A DNA stretch of 62,243 bases, the filler included, from Collodictyon triciliatum (taxonomy: Eukaryota): NCBI GenBank assembly GCA_043381765.1. It is 5 parts of 5 records of this genome, joined end to end, with 100 filler letters (N's around TTAATTAATTAA, not from the genome) between each part and the next. Parts side by side here need not be neighbours in the genome. Positions count along the whole stretch, not along the records: positions 51,063 to 57,608 come from JBHJMP010000024.1; positions 57,709 to 62,243 come from JBHJMP010000028.1; 3 more parts are not named here. One strand, written 5' to 3'. The translations under genes were made by a program, and so were the position numbers. The notes under the pieces were generated by a model. That model made no database searches. It saw only the letters and a list, made by a program, of their open reading frames with translations, and was not told where the DNA came from. Every line of letters starts with the position of its first letter. Position 1 is the stretch's first letter. Shown here piece after piece: positions 51,203 through 62,243 of this stretch.

Positions 51203-54200
51203 ATGGACTTGGCCTCTCCTCGAAAGGGTAGTTCTGAGCGGGATGAAGTTACCTGCCGGGCGTTTCTTGATCTGATAAAGAAAACTAGCAGGGAATTGAT
51301 TTCGGATCGAATGAGCAACGGCGGTTCTGTTACAGACGACGATCCCTTTGTCGATCCAGTCATCTCTACAATTGAGTCAACCCTGAAGTTTGGCCTCTCT
51401 GGTATGATCTTTTATTTTTATATTATTTTATCTTTACTCGATTCAAAGCTCTTTGATATCGCCTTATTCTCATCTCCCGGTTATCTTATTCCTCTTGCGT
51501 ATATGCAGCTTTCAACTCAACACAACCAACCACAGAACATTCATTTTCTCCAAAAGTTTGGTGAAGATACACACATCCTTTCTTTCTTTATGCCAGGAAG
51601 ATAAGCTAATATATGCTGATACTCTCGATTTATCATACTGCACACCTTGTTGGCGTCATTTTAATAGAAAATATATTATTAAATTTGAATCGAATAAAGG
51701 AAAAAAAAAAGAAAACATATTATTCAAAATACATAATAACAATTACTAAAGCATGAACCAAATGTTACAATATGCGAGTAGTTTGCGTTTATCGAGCCAT
51801 TCAAAACAATACCTCCACGCCTTTTTTTTTCTCTTTAGGTGACTTTTAAGGTTTTTTTTTTATATCAAATTAGGCACGAGTGATTTTTATACAGTGCTGG
51901 AGGAAACTTGCAAAGGAAACCAATCAATAGCCTATTATGGATTAGTCATGAAAAGCCCAGCAACGTTGAAATGTGTTAAGACAAACCACGGGCTTGGGAG
52001 GTATTTTCTCAGGGCTTCTCTGAATGGTAGAACGCTGAGTGAGCATATTGAAATATTTGTCTCTCAGAAGGAGGTAATTCAGTAAGTACTGAAATCAACT
52101 ACTTTTTCTCACCCTCCATATTCAACTTAACATCTTGGAACAGTTTAGTCATACGTCAAAATACGATCATTCATTCCATTTTCCACTCTTTTGGCAAAGA
52201 GGCTGATGACATTGTGTCCAATTGCTTATAAGTATATTAATGACTTGGGAATCTCAGAATCGAACAAGAAATGATTTAGAATCGTATATATTCATGTGAT
52301 TTCTTTCTTTGAACTATTTGCACACTGTATATAGGACGTGGTACCAACCTGAGGCACTGATTCGCAGTGAAGAGTTCTCTCTGATTCTCACTAGTATTCT
52401 CGTTGGCCTTTCAGCTCTAACATTTGAGCTGAACCTTGACGATCCACGGCTCGATGCCTCTGCTCCAAGTACCACGTCAGTTTTCTTTTTTTTTTTTTAA
52501 AAAAAAAATAATACTTTGAAATGTCATCCAGCAGATCTCAAATAATGATAAGTTTTCATGAACGGTGTCCCTTCTATCTAGTGAATTTTTTGCATCGTCG
52601 AACACCCATTCTAAACCGAAGCGAAAAGCAACAAGAAGAATCATATCCGATATCGAGTCCACAGCACAAACATCTGGAGAACAAGTATCGCCAACTATAC
52701 AATCAGAGAAAGTGCCTAGCAATCTATCAGCATCCACTATGGATTATTTTGTTTCATCACCAAGAACAAGAACGGTTATTCCTCATAAAGAAGGGGACAA
52801 CTATACCATCACCACTAGCGAGACCAGGCCAAGCACAATGAATGAACTAAAGGAGAGTATGAATGACTCGACTACTGCAAAGGATCCCTTAAAGGAAGAT
52901 GATTCTTTTCTTCCGTCATTCGAATCACTGCAGGCAAAGACCTTAGGGTTCTTTCAGTCCATTAAAACGAATACTGAACCACCTAATCCTAGCCCCCAAA
53001 AGAAAGATGGAGAAGAAGTCAGCTGGTTTTCGCAAAAAATTGCATCGGTTTCTCGCTTCCTTGATGAACAAAACATGCCCAAGACTGAAAATGAGAGCGA
53101 TGTATTTGATAAAAAGACTGATGACCATTCATCCATAAATAAAGGTAAACGAAAACTTTTTTCTCAATTATTTTATCAGGTCATCTATGACTTTATTTTC
53201 TTGCGATTACTATTACTACTTTTTTTTTTTTTTTATAGTTTTATTACTTTTTGAGTATTTCTTTTTTATAGGGGATAGTGTCCTTCCAAAAAATGAATCG
53301 AATGCACCCGAAACCACTGAAATGCAAAATGGATTTTCCATCCAAACCTCTGATGAAATGGTTGCTAAAGTTGAAGAGTTCTCAGAAAAAATAGAAAAAG
53401 AAATAGATAAACAAGTTCCAAGCATTCCTCAACACCTTGAATCATTATTTCCAAGAGATACATACCCTGAAGTCATAGAGAACAACGAGGAACCCCAAAA
53501 ATTGATCGAACTCTCATATCCAGAACTCCCTAATCCTATCAATGCCAAACATGACAATGATATTGCTTCTGGTGGCTTAGGGAGTCAAGATGAAGACGAA
53601 GAGCAGGGACCATTATCTTCATTGACCGAACTTGAAGTAGGAAATCAGACCAAGTTAGATATTGAACTTGCCAAGGAATATTCAAATGAAACCGCCCTTG
53701 AAACTGCTGAGGTGAGTAATATAAACCAGAAGATAGATTTCGCTTCGAAATTACCACAAAGCGCACTTGAAAAAGACCCCAATCCAGGAATTGATACGAC
53801 AGAAAATGGTTTCTTTGCAATCGAAGAAAGGAGAATGTCATTGCAAACTGACAATTCTAATGATGAGCCTTCGACATCCAGGATTGACGGACTCAGTGTC
53901 CGCTCGTCCTCGAGTAGCCTCGGTGAAGACCTTGACGAAACTTTTGTTGAGAATGATTCATTTATTGTTGGACAATCTTTCTCGCTCCCTGGACAAGGTA
54001 TATTGCAACAAAAGACAAAGACAGCATCGCTCTTCACCATTGGAAATGTGGCGTCTCCTATGTCACAGTCTGTCAGCTCTTCTGATGTTTTATCATCGAG
54101 GGTAGATAGTGATCAGATTGGAAACCAAGCATTTGGCGGTTCAATTTCAAACTCCACACAGCATTTATCTACTGATAAACTAGCCTTAGTAAGCGCTTTC

Positions 54201-55448
54201 GAAGTGCCGGGTCAAGTTCGCATTGACGAGTCATACTTTTACGAAAAAACGCCCAGGATACGTACAAACAAGGTATGAAGTTCTTGATACATCGCAACAT
54301 GAAAGTAGAACACATAAACAAAACTGAAAACAAACAAAACCAGAAACAAAAACACACCTGTCAACAAAAACAAACAAACAAACAAACAAACAAACAAACA
54401 AACAAACAAACAAACAAACAAACAAACAAACAAACAAACAAAAGAAAAATATCGAAAATATTGCAATTCGTGTATACTCAATCTATATTTAGACAATATG
54501 TTATACGATAGTTCGCTATTTGCACCCATAATCAGTTTACTAGTCTTCATCTACTACATTCCCATCGAATAACAATTGCTCATTTAGTCTTAAATATAAT
54601 TTTTCCCTATGTCTATAATAACTTCACCGACGTTAGGCTCCAGGATGGTCTCCCCCACCTATAAAACTTATCTTGGATTTGAAGGATAAGCCATCTAGGA
54701 AGGAAACAATATGTTACTCGTGCTACAGACCAGCAAGAGGTACAGCCTCCCGAATAAATCAACACACATTATCATCCAATTATTTCATCGCTTTTTCTGA
54801 AAACTTTTCTTTGAGTTTATCTGTAACACGCAGAATATGAATTCGATGTAGCCCTTCATTTTATCTCACCTGACTAAATCCAACAAAACAGGTGCTTTCA
54901 AAACTCTTCAGTACTGTTACTATAGTTGCCATTACTTTTGTCAAAATTGTATTTCTGATGTGAAGATGCCGATACCTGCTTCAATTTTGCATCGATGGGA
55001 CTTTGATGAGTGAGTAATAATCCACAACTTCACAATCCAAAACAGGCCAGTAGTGCATACATATTTTCTTATTTTTATGAATTTAAAAACTGTGTGCAAT
55101 ATAAGAAAAAATAAACAATTAAAAATAAACAAATAAAAAAATAAACAAATAAAAAAATAAACAAATAAAAAAATAAACAAATAAAAAATAAACAAATAAA
55201 AAATAAACAAATAAAAAATAAACAAATAAAAATAAACAAATAAAAAATAAACAAATAAAAAATAAACAAATAAAAAATAAACAAATAAAAAATAAACAAA
55301 TAAAAAATAAACAAATAAAAAATAAACAAATAAAAAATAAACAAATAANNNNNNNNNNNNNNNNNNNNNNNNNNNNNNNNNNNNNNNNNNNNNNNNNNNN
55401 NNNNNNNNNNNNNNNNNNNNNNNNNNNNNNNNNNNNNNNNNNNNNNNN

Positions 55449-55541
<93 letters not shown>

Positions 55542-56897
55542 CACATCTGGATTCGCTTCATCATGGTATTATTGAATTTTTATCTGATTTTTTTTTCATG
55601 TAGAAAAAGAGTGTCCCAAGCAGCACAAAAATTCCTGACTAGCATTAAGAACGACCCATTATTCAATCCTTGCGTAATGAACCCTGTACTGCTAACAAAG
55701 TCTTCAACGCTTCGTCAATCACAGGCGAGTCATCTGTATTTCTTGAAGGCCTTATCCACAGAACCAATATGATAAATTAAATAACCATACCAATTGAAAA
55801 ATAACAACATATAATAAAAGTTTTATTTCAATATATCCAAATAAATAGACAACAAAATATCAAAAAGAATATAAAATTTTAGCTTGAGCAAACTGGGTAG
55901 TCTTGTGGTATTAATTCCTTGCATCTCACTGTAGGAGAAGCGAAAGGTCTTGTCAGCTTTTCGAGAATACATATTGACATGCAGGGACAGAGACATGCTT
56001 ATGAGCATATTTGGGAATCGGATATACATGATGTATGAGGCTGATTTCTATTCGCTTACTGATTTAGTCGACATCAAGCGAAAGAATTTGATTCCTTTCC
56101 TTGAATCTGGTAATGGCCATTTCGGCAATCATAATGACACCAATAGATATTTTGTGTGTACATATACATTATTATTTTTCTCTTACATGATTTTTTTTTT
56201 TGGTAAATCTAGTCATACAAAAATTATCAACTCATGTGTCTCACTCCTGCGAGGTTATTTTTCTTAATTATTGATAAATAGTATTAGCTAAATTATAGAC
56301 TTTCACAGCACCCAATACCCCATTCTTTATAACATGAAGCCTACATTTTACTTTGAAATTGAACATCTTCAAACAAAATAGACCAAATAACAGAAAAAAA
56401 AAACCAACCAACCAACCAACCAACAAACAAACAAACAAACAAACAAACAAACAAACAAACAAACAAACAAACAAACAAACAAACAAACAAACAAAGACTT
56501 GTAGAGGGCACGGTTCTATTTGCAGCATTTGCTCAGACGCAAGGCCAATATACGCCTTCCAGATTGACAGCGTTGTTCAATGTGAAAGTAATAGCCATAT
56601 TTTCAATTACTATTTGCTATATAGAGACAATTTTTAACATTTCATGAAAATTTATGGTTCATCGAGATTTTCAAAAGTTAATTTTTATAAAAAAAATAAA
56701 AATTTAATCTCAGTATCTAATATGTTAATAACTTATCTTTTTCTCGTTTTTTTTTCCCCCTTGAACAAAACGAAATAAAAACGCCAGCTTGCTTCACATA
56801 CTCCCACAAATCCTGCTTCCAAAGGGTGCAGACGTGCTTAAGGTGCCAACGCAGGAATCAACGGTCTGCTAGTTTGTCAGCACCCAAGTTGAAATAG
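51203..56897 (+). CDS. RUN domain + Rubicon-homology (zf-RING_9) protein, Rubicon/PLEKHM1/DEF8 family
   Basis: RUN motifs IESTLKFGL, LGRYFLRASLN and WYQPEALIRSEE..LVGLSALTFEL; long acidic linker; RH domain CYYSCHYFCQNC..IPASILHRWDF..VSQAA..FYSLTDLV..HVSHSCETCRGHGSICSIC..HKSC..CLRC. May be 5'-partial. Confidence 0.88.
55110..55541. repeat. (AAAAAATAAACAAAT)n 15-mer plus (AAT)n intronic repeats
   Basis: Direct tandem repeats flanking a 100-N gap. Confidence 0.9.
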
Positions 56898-57608
56898 ACC
56901 GGGATGCATGGCTTGTCGATGACAAACCCCGTTTTCTCTTCTTCCCTCATAAACAAATAACAGATATATAAAGCCAACGATGGGAATCGAAACATCAAAC
57001 CATTTGCCTCTTTACTTTCTATCAGTCAAATGACCCATTACACCAGCGAAGCAAATTAATAATTTTAAAAATGGCATATTGAAAGATAAAAGTCAAAATA
57101 ATCAAATTTCTACTGGTTTATTTTCCCTCTGGTATTCTTGATTCATTTTTTTTTAATTTTTCTTTAAAGAATGAGATAAAATACAGCTTGAATATATCCC
57201 ATGAATTTACATCACAGCCATGTCAACTTGTGCAGGATGGTGGAGATGCTGGCTTTGGTTCGCTAGCCATCGTTTGCATGGGCGCTACTTGGTGGTCGGG
57301 TGGCCGAGAAGTAGTTGTTAACCAGGAATTGCATCCTGCGGTTTGGCCTGTAGCCTGGGTCTTGTGCTCGCACGAGAGACAAGGCGAGGTTGAACCTCTA
57401 TCTCGACCAAATATGAAATATAATTTCCACAAATAACCACAATGACACGCACCGCTTCCCTGTGGTTCAAAACCAGAGTCCCCAACTGAACCACTCCGCA
57501 AGTTATTCCTTGAATCTGGTTGGTTCACATAAGTTATTGGCGCAGCAGAGCGGTCGCCCAATGGTCGGTCGAAGCGTGTATAGAAAAAAAGGAAAAAAAA
57601 AAAGGAAA

Positions 57609-57708
57609 NNNNNNNNNNNNNNNNNNNNNNNNNNNNNNNNNNNNNNNNNNNNTTAATTAATTAANNNNNNNNNNNNNNNNNNNNNNNNNNNNNNNNNNNN
57701 NNNNNNNN
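57609..57708. other. Artificial contig-joining spacer
   Basis: TTAATTAATTAA at 57653-57664 flanked by 44 N on each side. Confidence 0.95.
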
Positions 57709-58121
57709 AAAAAAAGAGAATAAAAAAAGAGAATAAAAAAAGAGAATAAAAAAAGAGAATAAAAAAAAGAGAATAAAAAAAGAGAATAAAAAAGAGAAAC
57801 GTAGTTATATAAGTAGACATGTGAAAACTTTGAATCTTATTAAGAAAAAGAGTAAATATGTGAAACAAACTATCAAAATGCCCTACTCTCGTATCATGGA
57901 CATATTGACAGCTTGCATATGATTCTTATGAAACACTATCACATCATATTTTTTTTAGTTTTGACTTACCGGGAGCCGCTGGAGTTGAAATAATCAATGT
58001 TTTTTTTAGTTTCATGATTACCACTTTGATTGAAAATTTAAAGCAGCATATAATACCAAAGTATTTGGTGGATTTGACGTTCTTAAACAAAAAATTTTTT
58101 TAAACAAAATCACTCCTTCAG

Positions 58122-61100
58122 GCATTAGAAATTGACTACTTTCGTTTCGGCTTCATCTACTCAATATATTGCGTTCCTAATGCATTTTTGGTATTTTATG
58201 GCAGTCAGGTTTTGTTTTGTTCATGATGTATACCATAGACACAAAAACTCGTACACACGATATGATGCTACCCTGATAAAGATTTTGATATTTTCAATTG
58301 TTTTCGAATAGTTATAATACTGTTAGCTTAATTTTGTTGTTAAAGATGTACAACAAACTTGGGCTTCGATGGGTTGCTGTTATATACACCTTATGCGTGG
58401 CTCTTGGACAACTAATTTCATCGATTGGAATTCGCACTGAGATATATGAGATAGTCCTCATTGGTCGCGCAGTATTCGGGTAATTTTGATTTTGTCAACG
58501 CTGCCTTTATAAATATATAATCCTTTTTCTTTTTCTTATATATTAAAATCCATGAACAGCGTTTCCGTTTTTGTTTGTGTAAAATTACAATTACTCGCTA
58601 TTGAGCCTTATATTACCCTCGAATGAACATAGAATTGGAGGGGAATCGCTTGCTGTAATGCAAAATTATACTGTCGCTCGGTGGTTTCGTGGGAGAGAGT
58701 CACAATTTGCCTTCAGCATTACATTATTTGCATCTCGAATGGTATATAATAATAGGAATAATGGAAATATCCTGCATCTCACTATATCCCATACACCTAT
58801 TACGAATAATTGGTTTTCATTTGTATTGTACTCCTTGTAAGAAGAGCCCCTTCCTTCATACCTTTCTTTTTATGAGTATTTCTCTTATTTTTTTTTAAAT
58901 GGAGCTAGATGGCACCCGAAAGCATGCGTTTTAATTTTGAATGATTTGAATGGAGTTTTTTTTTTTTGACTTTTTATTGCTGATATACACATAGGGAAGC
59001 ATAGTCTGTTTTGCAACTGTGCCCACTTTAATTGATCAGTTTGGACATGACACTGCAGAATGGATAGGTTTTTGAATATTATAAAAATTCAAGTATTATT
59101 ACAGCGTCTGAATAACATGCATAATATAACTTTTGATTTTCCCGACTTTTCGAAATATTATGAAGTCAAGGTATTTCACTAGTCAAAGATAAACCACATA
59201 TTTTTTTTTATTTATTTATTCTTTTAAAAAAAATCAGGCGCGTGGGTTTGTGTGTGTTCTTTCGTTGCTGTTCTGCTTTATGTGATGTTGGATACTTGGG
59301 CAGAATCCAAAGGAATGATTCGTGTATAGTTAAATAGTTTAACAAGTCAAAAGAATCCAATTTATTCCATTCAAACTCCTATGCTCCATTGCGTTTAAGG
59401 GCAACTCCTTGATGATATATGCAGTCTTTTTGAAAAAAAATAGGGAAAATAAAAACTGATGAGCATGGAAAGAGCAAATCAAAATATCATCGGTATATAT
59501 TCCTTCGCATTTAGGAAAATCCCATCACTGACGATATTGATTTTGAGGAACTTCAGTTTTTATCAAAGACATTTTGGTGGCTGGCCGCAGGTTTTTACCC
59601 TCAGTTTTGCAGTAGAGTAATTCGAGAGAAAAACGGAACAAAAAACAAAACAAAACAAAAACAAAACAAAAAAANNNNNNNNNNNNNNNNNNNNNNNNNN
59701 NNNNNNNNNNNNNNNNNNNNNNNNNNNNNNNNNNNNNNNNNNNNNNNNNNNNNNNNNNNNNNNNNNNNNNNNNNAAAACAAAGAAAAAACAAAAAAAAAC
59801 AAAAAAAACAAAAACAAAAAAAAAACAAAAACAAAAAAACCAACCTAGACACTCAACGGCTGTAAAAAAAAGAAAGAATTAAGGTTTTTTCTGAATAACA
59901 AAATTATTAAAAGACTATGGAAATTAGTTGCAGTTACATTCTACATGGCTGTTTTCCCCTTTGTTTCATTTTCCAAGTAATTATGCAGTTTATTTTGAAC
60001 TTTAAACCGATTCCGTTATGTAAGATGACATAAGCAGTATTTTCAACAAAAAAAAACTTTATGATTTTCATATTTATTGTAGCTTTCAAAAGAAAAAAAA
60101 CATGTACTGATTACTACTAACTCCAATACTTCACAGCATTTTCCTGAGAGAACAGGCTGGGGTTGGCAGAGTAGAGGCTGGGTTCTATACTACAATGGTT
60201 TTTGCCATTCCATGTCTCGCTGAGTAAGTTGCTTTTTTTTTTTCCACAAGAACTTTGCAGATAGCAGAACATGTATAAAAAATTTGCGCAAAAAAGATTT
60301 CCAAGGCATGTGAAGCGTATATAGTTATCATAGATTGTGATTAATCGATCTTTTTCTTTTTCCTTTACTATTACTATAATTATTTTTGTAATACTGCAGG
60401 CCATTTTTACGCAGATTGGTCGATCGGTACGGATTGAGGGGAATGCTTAGTATGTAGTTTCCGGTTATCAATAGCATATACTGAAATAATCTATTATAAC
60501 TTTGTTTAAAATGCAATGTCGCCTGCTTAATTTGGTTTTTTTTTGAGATAGTTTCTTTGGCTATGTTTTTGCTAATGCCGGTGTATTACACTTTCGCATT
60601 TTCGACTATTTATCCTGGGGCTGGGTTGGTAGGGAAGACTCTATTGTTACAACCGAATACATTTCGGTCACATTTAAAATTTCTATACATGCGTAATTGT
60701 TGCATCCAGTTTATCTAAATCATCTATTAACGAACTTCAATAAAATAGTTTTTCATCGGCGTGTCCCATGCATTGATATCAGTTTCCCTGTTTCCATGCT
60801 TGCCTCTTCTAATCGAAGTTAGGCAGCTTGGAACTGCGCTTAGCATGCAGCAGGTTTGCCCATTTCGTAAACCTTATCACTAATTCTTGCCTTTGCTGAA
60901 AGCATTCGTCGATGAAATGAAAACAACTTTGGTGTTTGACTCAAATTCTTTTCAAAGGCTCTGATCGACTTGGGTCTTGGGGTTGGACCAGTTATTGCAG
61001 GAACGCTCATTGAGCATGTCAGCTACGAGAGTATGATGATTTTCTTTGGGGGAACAGCTCTTGTTGGTAAGATTATTAATATATCAAAGGAGTAATATTC

Positions 61101-61761
61101 ATATATTCACATAAATCTTTCATTTATTACATGCTCACATATTCGAAGCATTTTGTTCTCAGAAAGATTTTGTTCACGAAAAATTAACTGTTAGGATTTG
61201 TGTTCTCACTTTTCTTGAATTTCTCTGACCAAGCTCGGATGGTTAATAGACCAGTGACCGAGGCTTTGACACAAAGTAACTCTTGACGTACAGACTCGAA
61301 GCTATACGAAATGATCAATTCATTAATCCTTCCCCTCCACTCTCCTGATTCTTTCATCGTTGTGTGTCATGTGGAATATATATATATTTTTTGTCGAAGT
61401 GTGTCGTTTCATGATTTTGCAGGCTTACCCTGTCACTTTTTCATTTCGTAAAACGACCAGTCGAGCCTGTTTTGTCAGAAGACTTCCTCAGTCGTCATTC
61501 TACATCTACAGAAAGCAGTGACATATCAACCAATGAGTCGGTATGTGCAAGTGGACTATATCTGAGCTGATTGGAATGACTCATATCAGTTATTTATTTA
61601 TTTACTTATCACACATGATTTTTAAAATAAATTAACAGGTGCAGACGTATAATTACCGAAGAACAACCCATGCAAAGCCACCATCGTCACAAAGAAGTCG
61701 TTCTGCAGTTGCGCACCGACAAGACTACTTTTCAAAGATTGGAATCACTCTGGGCTCATAA
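58122..61761 (+). CDS. MFSD1: Major facilitator superfamily transporter, MFSD1-like (5'-partial, many short exons)
   Basis: Motifs IYSIYCVPN, IGRAVFG-IGGESLAVMQNYTVARWFRGRE..SRM-GS, TFYMAVFPF and LVDRYG; ends ..DYFSKIGITLGS*. Confidence 0.88.
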
Positions 61762-62133
61762 TACTGCGATTGGTGGATATTTGATTTTGCCGATTCGTTC
61801 ACAAGTAAAGCATGCCTTTTAATTTTACTCCAAATGCAAATCATATGTACTTCTGTTGAAAACAATATTGACTTTGTCAATCAATCCTGAAATCTTCACT
61901 ATCACCAGAACCCGATGGAGGTCTTTTTGCGCAACAGACTTTATACTATATACCAATTTAGCCTGCGGGCAACCAAAAATTGCACTCAACTACCAATCTT
62001 GTAGCCTTTTTTTAAATCAAACGTCCCATTCCTTTTCTTTCCTTAACAGGATGTCATTTCCCCACACAACCGCAATTGAAATCATTTCCCATCTCCGTTC
62101 TCTTTCACATCAACAAAAGGATTCTAGACTGTG

Positions 62134-62243
62134 AACAAATAAAACAAATAAAACAAATAAAACAAATAAAACAAATAAAACAAATAAAACAAATAAAACA
62201 AATAAAACAAATAAAACAAATAAAACAAATAAAACAAATAAAA
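62134..62243. repeat. (AACAAATAAA)n 10-mer at window end
   Basis: Direct tandem repeat. Confidence 0.9.

Overview
Draft eukaryotic genomic DNA from an intron-rich, microsatellite-rich organism, probably a flagellated protist (it carries HYDIN). The standard genetic code fits all genes read. The window is a pseudomolecule: four identical 100-bp spacers (44 N + TTAATTAATTAA + 44 N) split it into five pieces, so neighbourhoods across those spacers are not evidence. Genes reconstructed by hand-splicing: HYDIN (3'-partial, with a >6-kb exon absent from the ORF track); RNF10; a GC-rich island holding a Cys-rich orphan, tRNA-Lys(CTT), a TM+LEA_2-like protein, a UBOX5-like U-box protein and a bHLH factor; two tandem acyl-ACP-thioesterase-like paralogs; the 3' end of a WH2/WCA actin regulator; PIG-L; a decayed LINE-ORF1-like relic; the 3' end of an MCTP/PRT_C-like protein; an LRR-polycystin/TRP channel; a SPRY-like orphan; a RUN + Rubicon-homology protein; and MFSD1. 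Most notable: (1) a cytoplasmic-LRR channel built from one-repeat-per-exon modules that combines a PKD2-type TOP domain with TRPC/TRPM-like motifs; (2) a 4-nt microexon needed to complete the RNF10 RING; (3) a WCA tail lacking the conserved Trp; (4) several GC-AG introns, one supported by a paralog. All family calls come from motif recognition, not database searches.
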